From Eledone cirrhosa (taxonomy: Eukaryota), in NCBI GenBank assembly GCA_964016885.1, contig OZ024746.1, positions 52,762,001 to 52,826,000 of the forward strand: a stretch of 64,000 bases of DNA, given 5' to 3'. Below, piece by piece: positions 13,501 to 27,450 of this stretch (positions within the stretch are counted from its first letter, which is position 1; each line of letters begins with the position of its first letter). Below the pieces are notes generated by a model. It was not told the DNA's origin and searched no databases. It worked only from the letters and a program-made list of their open reading frames with translations. A program made the position numbers and the translations under genes.

Positions 13501-16500
13501 TTGTTGTTATTGTAGTTAGTGGTTTCTGTGATGGTAGTGTTGTTGTTGTTGTTATTGTAGTTAGTGGTTGCTGTGATGGTAGTGTTGTTGTTGTTATTGT
13601 AGTTAGTGGTTTCTGTGATGGTAGTGTTGTTGTTGTTGTTATTGTAGTTAGTGGTTGCTGTGATGGTAGTGTTGTTGTTGTTATTCTAGTTAGTGGTTGC
13701 TGTGATGGTAGTGTTGTTGTTGTTGTTATTGTAGTTAGTGGTTTCTGTGATGGTAGTGTTGTTGTTGTGGTTATTGTAGTTAGTGGTTGCTGAGATGGTA
13801 GTGTTGTTGTTGTTATTGTAGCTAGTGGTTGCTGAGATGGTAGTGTTGTTGTTGTGGTTATTGTAGTTAGTGGTTGCTGAGATGGTAGTGTTGTTGTTGT
13901 TATTGTAGCTAGTGGTTGCTGTGATGGTAGTTTTGTTGTTGTTATTGTAGTTAGTGGTTGCTATGATGGTAGTGATGTTGTTGTTATTGTAGCTAGTGGT
14001 TGCTGTGTTGGTAGTGTTGTTGTTGTTATTGTAGTTAGTGGTTGCTATGCTGGTAGTGTCATTGTTGTTATTGTAGCTAGTGGTTGCTGTGATGGTAGTG
14101 TTTTTGTTGTTATTGTAGTTAGTGGTTTCTGTGATGGTAGTGTTGTTGTTGTTGTTATTGTAGTTAGAGGTTGCTGTGATGGTAGTGTTGTTGTTGTTGT
14201 TATTGTAGTTAGTGGTTGCTGTGATGGTAGTGTTGTTGTTGTTATTGTAGTTAGTGGTTGCTGAGATGGTAGTGTTGTTGTTGTTATTGTAGTTAGTGGT
14301 TTCTGTGATGGTAGTGTTGTTGTTGTTGTTATTGTAGTTAGTGGTTGCTGTGATGGTAGTGTTGTTGTTGTTATTGTAGTTAGTGGTTGCTGAGATGGTA
14401 GTGTTGTTGTTGTTGTTATAGGTAGTTAGTGGTTGCTGAGATGGTAGTGTTGTTGTTGTTGTTATTGTAGTTAGTGGTTTCTGTGATGGTAGTGTTGTTG
14501 TTGTTATTCTAGTTAGTGGTTGCTGTGATGGTAGTGTTGTTGTTATTATTGTAGTTAGAGCTTGCTGAAATGGTAGTGTTGTTGTTGTTGTTATTGTAGT
14601 TAGTGGTTTTTGTGATGGTAGTGTTGTTGTTGTTGTTATTGTAGTTAGTGGTTGCTGTGATGGTAGTGTTGTTGTTGTTATTGTAGTTAGTGGTTGCTGA
14701 GATGGTAGTGTTGTTGTTGTTGTTATTGTAGTAAGTGGTTGCTGTGATGGTAGTGTTGTTGTTGTTGTTATTGTAGTTAGTTTTTTTCTGTGATGGTAGT
14801 GTTGTTGTTGTTGTTATTGTAGTTAGTGGTTGCTGAGATAATAGTGTTGTTGTTGTTGTTATTGTAGTTAGTGGTTGCTGAGATGATAGTGTTGTTGTTG
14901 TTGTTATTGTAGTTAGTGGTTGCTGAGATGGTAGTGTTGTTGTTGTTGTTATTGTAGTTAGTGGTTTTTGTGATGGTAGTGTTTTTGTTGTTGTTATTGT
15001 AGTTAGTGGTTGCTGTGATGGTAGTGTTGTTGTTGTTATTGTAGTTAGTGGTTGCTGAGATGGTAGTGTTGTTGTTGTTGTTATTGTAGTTAGTTGTTGC
15101 AGAGATGGTAGTGTTGTTGTTGTTGTTATTCTAGTTAGTGGTTGCTGTGATGGTAGTGTTGTTGTTGTTGTTATTGTAGTTAGTGGTTTTTGTGATGGTA
15201 GTGTTGTTGTTGTTGTTATTCTAGTTAGTGCTTGCTGTGATGGTAGTGTTATTGTTGTTGTTATTGTAGTTAGTGGTTTCTGTGATGGTAGTGTTGTTGT
15301 TGTTATTGTAGTTAGTGGTTGCTGAGATGGTAGTGTTGTTGTTGTTGTTGTTATTGTAGTTAGTGGTTGCTGAGATGGTAGTGTTGTCGTTGTTGTTATT
15401 GTAGTTAGTGGTTGCTGAGATGGTAGTGTTGTTGTTGTTTTTATTGTAGTTAGAGGTTGCTGAGATGGTAGTGTTGTCGTTGTTGTTATTGTAGTTAGTG
15501 GTTGCTGAGATGGTAGTGTTGTTGTTGTTGTTATTGTAGTTAGAGGTTGCTGAGATGGTAGTGTTGTTGTTGTTTTTCTAGTTAGTGGTTGCTGTGATGG
15601 TAGTGTTGTTGTTGTTGTTATTGTAGTTAGTGGTTGCTGTGATGGTAGTGTTGTTGTTGTTGTTTTTGTTGTAGTTAGTGGTTGCTGTGATGGTAGTGTT
15701 GTTGTTATTATTGTAGTTAGAGGTTGCTGAGATGGTAGTGTTGTTGTTGTTATTCTAGTTAGTGGTTGCTGTGATGGTAGTGTTGTTGTTGTTGTTATTG
15801 TAGTTAGTGGTTTCTGTGATGGTAGTGTTGTTGTTGTTGTTACTATAGTTAGTGGTTTCTGTGATGGTAGTGTTGTTGTTGTTATTCTAGTTAGTGGTTG
15901 CTGTGATGGTAGTGTTGTTGTTATTATTGTAGTTAGAGCTTGCTGAGATGGTAGTGTTGTTGTTGTTATTGTAGTTAGTGGTTGCTGAGATGGTAGTGTT
16001 GTTGTTGTTGTTATTGTAGTTAGAGGTTGCTGTGATGGTAGTGTTGTTGTTGTTGTTATTGTAGTTAGTGGTTTCTGTGATGGTAGTGTTGTTGTTGTTG
16101 TTATTGTAGTTAGTGGTTGCTGTGATGGTAGTGTTGTTGTTGTTATTGTAGTTAGTGGTTGCTGAGATGGTAGTGTTGTTGTTGTTGTTATTGTAGTTAG
16201 TGGTTGCTGTGATGGTAGTGTTGTTGTTGTTATTATTGTAGTTAGAGGTTGCTGAGATGGTAGTGTTGTTGTTGTTGTTATTGTAGTTAGTGGTTGCTGA
16301 GATGGTAGTGTTGTTGTTGTTGTTATTGTAGTTAGTGGTTGCTGAGATGGTAGTGTTGTTGTTGTTGTTATTGTAGTTAGTGGTTGCTGTGATGGTAGTG
16401 TTGTTGTTGTTGTTATTGTAGTTAGTGGTTGCTGAGATGGTAGTGTTGTTGTTGTTGTTATTGTAGTTAGAGGTTGCTGTGATGGTAGTGTTGTTGTTGT

Positions 16501-17149
16501 TGTTATTGTAGTTAGTGGTTTCTGTGATGGTAGTGTTGTTGTTGTTGTTATTGTAGTTAGTGGTTGCTGAGATGGTAGTGTTGTTGTTGTTGTTATTGTA
16601 GTTAGTGGTTGCTGAGATAATAGTGTTGTTGTTGTTGTTATTGTAGTTAGTGGTTGCTGTGATGGTAGTGTTGTTGTTGTTATTGTAGTTAGTGGTTGCT
16701 GAGATGGTAGTGTTGTTGTTGTTATTGTAGTTAGTGGTTTCTGTGATGGTAGTGTTGTTGTTGTTGTTATTGTAGTTAGTGGTTGCTGTGATGGTAGTGT
16801 TGTTGTTGTTATTGTAGTTAGTGGTTGCTGAGATGGTAGTGTTGTTGTTGTTGTTATAGGTAGTTAGTGGTTGCTGAGATGGTAGTGTTGTTGTTGTTGT
16901 TATTGTAGTTAGTGGTTTCTGTGATGGTAGTGTTTTTGTTGTTATTGTAGTTAGTGGTTTCTGTGATGGTAGTGTTGTTGTTGTTGTTATTGTAGTTAGA
17001 GGTTGCTGTGATGGTAGTGTTGTTGTTGTTGTTATTGTAGTTAGTGGTTGCTGTGATGGTAGTGTTGTTGTTGTTATTGTAGTTAGTGGTTGCTGTGATG
17101 GTAGTGTTGTTGTTGTTATTGTAGTTAGTGGTTGCTATGATGGTAGTGA

Positions 17150-20100
17150 TGTTGTTGTTATTGTAGCTAGTGGATTCTGTGTTGGTAGTGTTGTTGTTGT
17201 TATTGTAGTTAGTGGTTGCTATGCTGGTAGTGTTGTTGTTGTTATTGTAGCTAGTGGTTTCTGTGATGGTAGTGTTGTTGTTGTTATTGTAGTTAGTGTT
17301 TGCTGAGATGGTAGTGTTGTTGTTGTTGTTATTGTAGTTAGTGGTTTCTGTGATGGTAGTGTTGTTGTTGTTGTTATTGTAGTTAGTGGTTGCTGTGATG
17401 GTAGTGTTGTTGTTGTTATTGTAGTTAGTGGTTGCTGAGATGGTAGTGTTGTTGTTGTTGTTATAGGTAGTTAGTGGTTGCTGAGATGGTAGTGTTGTTG
17501 TTGTTGTTATTGTAGTTAGTGGTTTCTGTGATGGTAGTGTTGTTGTTGTTGTTATTGTAGTTAAAGGTTGCTGTGATGGTAGTGTTGTTGTTGTTATTCT
17601 AGTTAGTGGTTGCTGTGATGGTAGTGTTGTTGTTGTTGTTATTGTAGTTAGTGGTTTCTGTGATGGTAGTGTTGTTGTTGTTATTGTAGTTAGTGGTTGC
17701 TGAGATGGTTGTGTTGTTGTTGTTATTGTAGTTAGTGGTTGCTGAGATGGTAGTATTGTTGTTGTTGTTATTGTAGTTAGTGGTTGCTGTGATGGTAGTG
17801 TTGTTGTTGTTGTTATTGTAGTTAGTGGTTGCTTTGATGGTAGTGTTGTTGTTGTTATTGTAGTTAGTGGTTGCTGAGATGGTAGTGTTGTTGTTGTTGT
17901 TATTGTAGTTAGTGGTTGCAGAGATGGTAGTGTTGTTGTTGTTGTTATTCTAGTTAGTGGTTGCTGTGATGGTAGTGTTGTTGTTGTTGTTATTGTAGTT
18001 AGTGGTTTTTGTGATGGTAGTGTTGTTGTTGTTGTTATTCTAGTTAGTGCTTGCTGTGATGGTAGTGTTGTTGTTGTTGTTATTGTAGTTAGTGGTTTCT
18101 GTGATGGTAGTGTTGTTGTTGTTATTGTAGTTAGTGGTTGCTGAGATGGTAGTGTTGTTGTTGTTGTTATTGTAGTTAGAGGTTGCTGTGATGGTAGTGT
18201 TGTTGTTGTTGTTATTGTAGTTAGTCGTTTCTGTGATGGTAGTGTTGTTGTTGTTGTTATTGTAGTTAGTGGTTTCTGTGATGGTAGTGTTGTTGTTGTT
18301 ATTCTAGTTAGTGGTTGCTGTGATGGTAGTGTTGTTGTTATTATTGTAGTTAGAGCTTGCTGAAATGGTAGTGTTGTTGTTGTTGTTATTGTAGTTAGTG
18401 GTTTTTGTGATGGTAGTGTTGTTGTTGTTGTTATTGTAGTTAGTGGTTGCTGTGATGGTAGTGTTGTTGTTGTTATTGTAGTTAGTGGTTGCTGAGATGG
18501 TAGTGTTGTTGTTGTTGTTATTGTAGTAAGTGGTTGCTGTGATGGTAGTGTTGTTGTTGTTGTTATTGTAGTTAGTTTTTTTCTGTGATGGTAGTGTTGT
18601 TGTTGTTGTTATTGTAGTTAGTGGTTGCTGAGATAATAGTGTTGTTGTTGTTGTTATTGTAGTTAGTGGTTGCTGAGATGATAGTGTTGTTGTTGTTGTT
18701 ATTGTAGTTAGTGGTTGCTGATATGGTAGTGTTGTTGTTGTTGTTATTGTAGTTAGTGGTTTTTGTGATGGTAGTGTTTTTGTTGTTGTTATTGTAGTTA
18801 GTGGTTGCTGTGATGGTAGTGTTGTTGTTGTTATTGTAGTTAGTGGTTGCTGAGATGGTAGTGTTGTTGTTGTTGTTATTGTAGTTAGTTGTTGCAGAGA
18901 TGGTAGTGTTGTTGTTGTTGTTATTCTAGTTAGTGGTTGCTGTGATGGTAGTGTTGTTGTTGTTGTTATTGTAGTTAGTGGTTTTTGTGATGGTAGTGTT
19001 GTTGTTGTTGTTATTCTAGTTAGTGCTTGCTGTGATGGTAGTGTTATTGTTGTTGTTATTGTAGTTAGTGGTTTCTGTGATGGTAGTGTTGTTGTTGTTA
19101 TTGTAGTTAGTGGTTGCTGAGATGGTAGTGTTGTTGTTGTTGTTGTTATTGTAGTTAGTGGTTGCTGAGATGGTAGTGTTGTCGTTGTTGTTATTGTAGT
19201 TAGTGGTTGCTGTGATGGTAGTGTTGTTGTTGTTGTTATTGTAGTTAGAGGTTGCTGAGATGGTAGTGTTGTTGTTGTTTTTCTAGTTAGTGGTTGCTGT
19301 GATGGTAGTGTTGTTGTTATTATTGTAGTTAGAGGTTGCTGAGATGGTAGTGTTGTTGTTGTTATTCTAGTTAGTGGTTGCTGTGATGGTAGTGTTGTTG
19401 TTGTTGTTATTGTAGTTAGTGGTTTCTGTGATGGTAGTGTTGTTGTTGTTGTTACTATAGTTAGTGGTTTCTGTGATGGTAGTGTTGTTGTTGTTATTCT
19501 AGTTAGTGGTTGCTGTGATGGTAGTGTTATTGTTATTATTGTAGTTAGAGCTTGCTGAGATGGTAGTGTTGTTGTTGTTATTGTAGTTAGTGGTTGCTGA
19601 GATGGTAGTGTTGTTGTTGTTGTTATTGTAGTTAGAGGTTGCTGTGATGGTAGTGTTGTTGTTGTTGTTATTGTAGTTAGTGGTTTCTGTGATGGTAGTG
19701 TTGTTGTTGTTGTTATTGTAGTTAGTGGTTGCTGAGATAATAGTGTTGTTGTTGTTGTTATTGTAGTTAGTGGTTGCCGAGATGGTAGTGTTGTTGTTGT
19801 TGTTATTGTAGTTAGTGGTTGCTGTGATGGTAGTGTTGTTGTTGTTGTTATTGTAGTTAGTGGTTTTTGTGATGGTAGTGTTGTTGTTGTTGTTATTGTA
19901 GTTAGTGGTTGCTGAGATGGTAGTGTTGTTGTTGTTGTTATTGTAGTTAGTGGTTTTTGTGATGGTAGTGTTGTTGTTGTTGTTATTGTAGTTAGTGGTT
20001 GCTGTGATGGTAGTGTTGTTGTTGTTATTGTAGTTAGTGGTTGCTGAGATGGTAGTGTTGTTGTTGTTGTTATTGTAGTTAGTGGTTTTTGTGATGGTAG

Positions 20101-23100
20101 TGTTGTTGTTGTTGTTATTGTAGTTAGTGGTTGCTGTGATGGTAGTGTTGTTGTTTTTATTGTAGTTAGTGGTTGCTGAGATGGTAGTGTTGTTGTTGTT
20201 ATTGTAGTTAGTGGTTGCTGAGATGGTAGTGTTGTTGTTGTTATTGTAGTTAGTGGTTGCTGAGATGGTAGTGTTGTTGTTGTTGTTATTGTAGTTAGAG
20301 GTTGCTGTGATGGTAGTGTTGTTGTTGTTGTTATTGTAGTCAGTGGTTGCTGAGATAATAGTGTTGTTGTTGTTGTTATTGTAGTTAGTGGTTGCTGAGA
20401 TGGTAGTGTTGTTGTTGTTATTGTAGTTAGTGGTTGCTGAGATGGTAGTGTTGTTGTTGTTGTTATTGTAGTTAGAGGTTGCTGTGATGGTAGTGTTGTT
20501 GTTGTTGTTATTGTTGTCAGTGGTTGCTGAGATAATAGTGTTGTTGTTGTTGTTATTGTAGTTAGTGGTTGCTGAGATGGTAGTGTTGTTGTTGTTGTTA
20601 TTGTAGTTAGTGGTTGCTGTGATGGTAGTGTTGTTGTTGTTATTGTAGTTAGTGGTTGCTGTGTTGGTAGTGTTGTTGTTGTTATTGTAGTTAGTGGTTG
20701 CTATGCTGGTAGTGTTGTTGTTGTTATTGTAGCTAGTGGTTTCTGTGATGGTAGTGTTGTTGTTGTTATTGTAGTTAGTGTTTGCTGAGATGGTAGTGTT
20801 GTTGTTGTTGTTATTGTAGTTAGTGGTTTCTGTGATGGTAGTGTTGTTGTTGTTGTTATTGTAGTTAGTGGTTGCTGTGATGGTAGTGTTGTTGTTGTTA
20901 TTGTAGTTAGTGGTTGCTGAGATGGTAGTGTTGTTGTTGTTGTTATAGGTAGTTAGTGGTTGCTGAGATGGTAGTGTTGTTGTTGTTGTTATTGTAGTTA
21001 GTGGTTTCTGTGATGGTAGTGTTGTTGTTGTTGTTATTGTAGTTAAAGGTTGCTGTGATGGTAGTGTTGTTGTTGTTATTCTAGTTAGTGGTTGCTGTGA
21101 TGGTAGTGTTGTTGTTGTTGTTATTGTAGTTAGTGGTTTCTGTGATGGTAGTGTTGTTGTTGTTATTGTAGTTAGTGGTTGCTGAGATGGTTGTGTTGTT
21201 GTTGTTATTGTAGTTAGTGGTTGCTGAGATGGTAGTATTGTTGTTGTTGTTATTGTAGTTAGAGTTTGCTGAGATGGTAGTATTGTTGTTGTTGTTATTG
21301 TAGTTAGTGGTTGCTGTGATGGTAGTGTTGTTGTTGTTGTTATTGTAGTTAGTGGTTGCTTTGATGGTAGTGTTGTTGTTGTTATTGTAGTTAGTGGTTG
21401 CTGAGATGGTAGTGTTGTTGTTGTTGTTATTGTAGTTAGTGGTTGCAGAGATGGTAGTGTTGTTGTTGTTGTTATTCTAGTTAGTGGTTGCTGTGATGGT
21501 AGTGTTGTTGTTGTTGTTATTGTAGTTAGTGGTTTTTGTGATGGTAGTGTTGTTGTTGTTGTTATTCTAGTTAGTGCTTGCTGTGATGGTAGTGTTGTTG
21601 TTGTTGTTATTGTAGTTAGTGGTTTCTGTGATGGTAGTGTTGTTGTTGTTATTGTAGTTAGTGGTTGCTGAGATGGTAGTGTTGTTGTTGTTGTTATTGT
21701 AGTTAGAGGTTGCTGTGATGGTAGTGTTGTTGTTGTTGTTATTGTAGTTAGTCGTTTCTGTGATGGTAGTGTTGTTGTTGTTGTTATTGTAGTTAGTGGT
21801 TTCTGTGATGGTAGTGTTGTTGTTGTTATTCTAGTTAGTGGTTGCTGTGATGGTAGTGTTGTTGTTATTATTGTAGTTAGAGCTTGCTGAAATGGTAGTG
21901 TTGTTGTTGTTGTTATTGTAGTTAGTGGTTTTTGTGATGGTAGTGTTGTTGTTGTTGTTATTGTAGTTAGTGGTTGCTGTGATGGTAGTGTTGTTGTTGT
22001 TATTGTAGTTAGTGGTTGCTGAGATGGTAGTGTTGTTGTTGTTGTTATTGTAGTAAGTGGTTGCTGTGATGGTAGTGTTGTTGTTGTTGTTATTGTAGTT
22101 AGTTTTTTTCTGTGATGGTAGTGTTGTTGTTGTTGTTATTGTAGTTAGTGGTTGCTGAGATAATAGTGTTGTTGTTGTTGTTATTGTAGTTAGTGGTTGC
22201 TGAGATGATAGTGTTGTTGTTGTTGTTATTGTAGTTAGTGGTTGCTGAGATGGTAGTGTTGTTGTTGTTGTTATTGTAGTTAGTGGTTTTTGTGATGGTA
22301 GTGTTTTTGTTGTTGTTATTGTAGTTAGTGGTTGCTGTGATGGTAGTGTTGTTGTTGTTATTGTAGTTAGTGGTTGCTGAGATGGTAGTGTTGTTGTTGT
22401 TGTTATTGTAGTTAGTGGTTGCTGTGATGGTAGTGTTGTTGTTGTTGTTATTGTAGTTAGTGGTTTTTGTGATGGTAGTGTTGTTGTTGTTGTTATTCTA
22501 GTTAGTGCTTGCTGTGATGGTAGTGTTATTGTTGTTGTTATTGTAGTTAGTGGTTTCTGTGATGGTAGTGTTGTTGTTGTTATTGTAGTTAGTGGTTGCT
22601 GAGATGGTAGTGTTGTTGTTGTTGTTGTTATTGTAGTTAGTGGTTGCTGAGATGGTAGTGTTGTCGTTGTTGTTATTGTAGTTAGTGGTTGCTGTGATGG
22701 TAGTGTTGTTGTTGTTTTTATTGTAGTTAGTGGTTGCTGAGATGGTAGTGTTGTTGTTGTTGTTATTGTAGTTAGAGGTTGCTGAGATGGTAGTGTTGTT
22801 GTTGTTTTTCTAGTTAGTGGTTGCTGTGATGGTAGTGTTGTTGTTATTATTGTAGTTAGAGGTTGCTGAGATGGTAGTGTTGTTGTTGTTATTCTAGTTA
22901 GTGGTTGCTGTGATGGTAGTGTTGTTGTTGTTGTTATTGTAGTTAGTGGTTTCTGTGATGGTAGTGTTGTTGTTGTTGTTATTGTAGTTAGTGGTTGCTG
23001 AGATAATAGTGTTGTTGTTGTTGTTATTGTAGTTAGTGGTTGCTGAGATGGTAGTGTTGTTGTTGTTGTTATTGTAGTTAGTGGTTGCTGTGATGGTAGT

Positions 23101-26100
23101 GTTGTTGTTGTTGTTATTGTAGTTAGTGGTTTTTGTGATGGTAGTGTTGTTGTTGTTGTTATTGTAGTTAGTGGTTGCTGAGATGGTAGTGTTGTTGTTG
23201 TTGTTATTGTAGTTAGTGGTTTTTGTGATGGTAGTGTTGTTGTTGTTGTTATTGTAGTTAGTGGTTGCTGTGATGGTAGTGTTGTTGTTGTTATTGTAGT
23301 TAGTGGTTGCTGAGATGGTAGTGTTGTTGTTGTTGTTATTGTAGTTAGTGGTTTTTGTGATGGTAGTGTTGTTGTTGTTGTTATTGTAGTTAGTGGTTGC
23401 TGTGATGGTAGTGTTGTTGTTTTTATTGTAGTTAGTGGTTGCTGAGATGGTAGTGTTGTTGTTGTTATTGTAGTTAGTGGTTGCTGAGATGGTAGTGTTG
23501 TTGTTGTTATTGTAGTTAGTGGTTGCTGAGATGGTAGTGTTGTTGTTGTTGTTATTGTAGTTAGAGGTTGCTGTGATGGTAGTGTTGTTGTTGTTGTTAT
23601 TGTAGTCAGTGGTTGCTGAGATAATAGTGTTGTTGTTGTTGTTATTGTAGTTAGTGGTTGCTGAGATGGTAGTGTTGTTGTTGTTATTGTAGTTAGTGGT
23701 TGCTGAGATGGTAGTGTTGTTGTTGTTGTTATTGTAGTTAGAGGTTGCTGTGATGGTAGTGTTGTTGTTGTTGTTATTGTTGTCAGTGGTTGCTGAGATA
23801 ATAGTGTTGTTGTTGTTGTTATTGTAGTTAGTGGTTGCTGAGATGGTAGTGTTGTTGTTGTTGTTATTGTAGTTAGTGGTTGCTGTGATGGTAGTGTTGT
23901 TGTTGTTATTGTAGTTAGTGGTTGCTGTGTTGGTAGTGTTGTTGTTGTTATTGTAGTTAGTGGTTGCTATGCTGGTAGTGTTGTTGTTGTTATTGTAGCT
24001 AGTGGTTTCTGTGATGGTAGTGTTGTTGTTGTTATTGTAGTTAGTGTTTGCTGAGATGGTAGTGTTGTTGTTGTTGTTATTGTAGTTAGTGGTTTCTGTG
24101 ATGGTAGTGTTGTTGTTGTTGTTATTGTAGTTAGTGGTTGCTGTGATGGTAGTGTTGTTGTTGTTATTGTAGTTAGTGGTTGCTGAGATGGTAGTGTTGT
24201 TGTTGTTGTTATAGGTAGTTAGTGGTTGCTGAGATGGTAGTGTTGTTGTTGTTGTTATTGTAGTTAGTGGTTTCTGTGATGGTAGTGTTGTTGTTGTTGT
24301 TATTGTAGTTAAAGGTTGCTGTGATGGTAGTGTTGTTGTTGTTATTCTAGTTAGTGGTTGCTGTGATGGTAGTGTTGTTGTTGTTGTTATTGTAGTTAGT
24401 GGTTTCTGTGATGGTAGTGTTGTTGTTGTTATTGTAGTTAGTGGTTGCTGAGATGGTTGTGTTGTTGTTGTTATTGTAGTTAGTGGTTGCTGAGATGGTA
24501 GTATTGTTGTTGTTGTTATTGTAGTTAGAGTTTGCTGAGATGGTAGTATTGTTGTTGTTGTTATTGTAGTTAGTGGTTGCTGTGATGGTAGTGTTGTTGT
24601 TGTTGTTATTGTAGTTAGTGGTTGCTTTGATGGTAGTGTTGTTGTTGTTATTGTAGTTAGTGGTTGCTGAGATGGTAGTGTTGTTGTTGTTGTTATTGTA
24701 GTTAGTGGTTGCAGAGATGGTAGTGTTGTTGTTGTTGTTATTCTAGTTAGTGGTTGCTGTGATGGTAGTGTTGTTGTTGTTGTTATTGTAGTTAGTGGTT
24801 TTTGTGATGGTAGTGTTGTTGTTGTTGTTATTCTAGTTAGTGCTTGCTGTGATGGTAGTGTTGTTGTTGTTGTTATTGTAGTTAGTGGTTTCTGTGATGG
24901 TAGTGTTGTTGTTGTTATTGTAGTTAGTGGTTGCTGAGATGGTAGTGTTGTTGTTGTTGTTATTGTAGTTAGAGGTTGCTGTGATGGTAGTGTTGTTGTT
25001 GTTGTTATTGTAGTTAGTCGTTTCTGTGATGGTAGTGTTGTTGTTGTTGTTATTGTAGTTAGTGGTTTCTGTGATGGTAGTGTTGTTGTTGTTATTCTAG
25101 TTAGTGGTTGCTGTGATGGTAGTGTTGTTGTTATTATTGTAGTTAGAGCTTGCTGAAATGGTAGTGTTGTTGTTGTTGTTATTGTAGTTAGTGGTTTTTG
25201 TGATGGTAGTGTTGTTGTTGTTGTTATTGTAGTTAGTGGTTGCTGTGATGGTAGTGTTGTTGTTGTTATTGTAGTTAGTGGTTGCTGAGATGGTAGTGTT
25301 GTTGTTGTTGTTATTGTAGTAAGTGGTTGCTGTGATGGTAGTGTTGTTGTTGTTGTTATTGTAGTTAGTTTTTTTCTGTGATGGTAGTGTTGTTGTTGTT
25401 GTTATTGTAGTTAGTGGTTGCTGAGATAATAGTGTTGTTGTTGTTGTTATTGTAGTTAGTGGTTGCTGAGATGATAGTGTTGTTGTTGTTGTTATTGTAG
25501 TTAGTGGTTGCTGAGATGGTAGTGTTGTTGTTGTTGTTATTGTAGTTAGTGGTTTTTGTGATGGTAGTGTTTTTGTTGTTGTTATTGTAGTTAGTGGTTG
25601 CTGTGATGGTAGTGTTGTTGTTGTTATTGTAGTTAGTGGTTGCTGAGATGGTAGTGTTGTTGTTGTTGTTATTGTAGTTAGTGGTTGCTGTGATGGTAGT
25701 GTTGTTGTTGTTGTTATTGTAGTTAGTGGTTTTTGTGATGGTAGTGTTGTTGTTGTTGTTATTCTAGTTAGTGCTTGCTGTGATGGTAGTGTTATTGTTG
25801 TTGTTATTGTAGTTAGTGGTTTCTGTGATGGTAGTGTTGTTGTTGTTATTGTAGTTAGTGGTTGCTGAGATGGTAGTGTTGTTGTTGTTGTTGTTATTGT
25901 AGTTAGTGGTTGCTGAGATGGTAGTGTTGTCGTTGTTGTTATTGTAGTTAGTGGTTGCTGTGATGGTAGTGTTGTTGTTGTTTTTATTGTAGTTAGTGGT
26001 TGCTGAGATGGTAGTGTTGTTGTTGTTGTTATTGTAGTTAGAGGTTGCTGAGATGGTAGTGTTGTTGTTGTTTTTCTAGTTAGTGGTTGCTGTGATGGTA

Positions 26101-27450
26101 GTGTTGTTGTTATTATTGTAGTTAGAGGTTGCTGAGATGGTAGTGTTGTTGTTGTTATTCTAGTTAGTGGTTGCTGTGATGGTAGTGTTGTTGTTGTTGT
26201 TATTGTAGTTAGTGGTTTCTGTGATGGTAGTGTTGTTGTTGTTGTTACTATAGTTAGTGGTTTCTGTGATGGTAGTGTTGTTGTTGTTATTCTAGTTAGT
26301 GGTTGCTGTGATGGTAGTGTTATTGTTATTATTGTAGTTAGAGCTTGCTGAGATGGTAGTGTTGTTGTTGTTATTGTAGTTAGTGGTTGCTGAGATGGTA
26401 GTGTTGTTGTTGTTGTTATTGTAGTTAGAGGTTGCTGTGATGGTAGTGTTGTTGTTGTTGTTATTGTAGTTAGTGGTTTCTGTGATGGTAGTGTTGTTGT
26501 TGTTGTTATTGTAGTTAGTGGTTGCTGAGATAATAGTGTTGTTGTTGTTGTTATTGTAGTTAGTGGTTGCTGAGATGGTAGTGTTGTTGTTGTTGTTATT
26601 GTAGTTAGTGGTTGCTGTGATGGTAGTGTTGTTGTTGTTGTTATTGTAGTTAGTGGTTTTTGTGATGGTAGTGTTGTTGTTGTTGTTATTGTAGTTAGTG
26701 GTTGCTGAGATGGTAGTGTTGTTGTTGTTGTTATTGTAGTTAGTGGTTTTTGTGATGGTAGTGTTGTTGTTGTTGTTATTGTAGTTAGTGGTTGCTGTGA
26801 TGGTAGTGTTGTTGTTGTTATTGTAGTTAGTGGTTGCTGAGATGGTAGTGTTGTTGTTGTTGTTATTGTAGTTAGTGGTTTTTGTGATGGTAGTGTTGTT
26901 GTTGTTGTTATTGTAGTTAGTGGTTGCTGTGATGGTAGTGTTGTTGTTTTTATTGTAGTTAGTGGTTGCTGAGATGGTAGTGTTGTTGTTGTTATTGTAG
27001 TTAGTGGTTGCTGAGATGGTAGTGTTGTTGTTGTTATTGTAGTTAGTGGTTGCTGAGATGGTAGTGTTGTTGTTGTTGTTATTGTAGTTAGAGGTTGCTG
27101 TGATGGTAGTGTTGTTGTTGTTGTTATTGTAGTCAGTGGTTGCTGAGATAATAGTGTTGTTGTTGTTGTTATTGTAGTTAGTGGTTGCAGAGATGGTAGT
27201 GTTGTTGTTGTTATTGTAGTTAGTGGTTGCTGAGATGGTAGTGTTGTTGTTGTTGTTATTGTAGTTAGAGGTTGCTGTGATGGTAGTGTTGTTGTTGTTG
27301 TTATTGTTGTCAGTGGTTGCTGAGATAATAGTGTTGTTGTTGTTGTTATTGTAGTTAGTGGTTGCTGAGATGGTAGTGTTGTTGTTGTTGTTATTGTAGT
27401 TAGTGGTTGCTGTGATGGTAGTGTTGTTGTTGTTATTGTAGTTAGTGGTT
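17150..27450. repeat. Three tandem copies of a ~3.3-3.5 kb higher-order repeat
   Basis: The same ordered variant series recurs. ATAGGTAG is at 17463/20945/24211, AG(T)7C at 18574/22101/25367 and CTATGCTGG at 20701/23967. The offset between copies 2 and 3 is 3266 bp for all three markers, and ~3480-3530 bp between copies 1 and 2. Boundaries are approximate. Confidence 0.85.
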
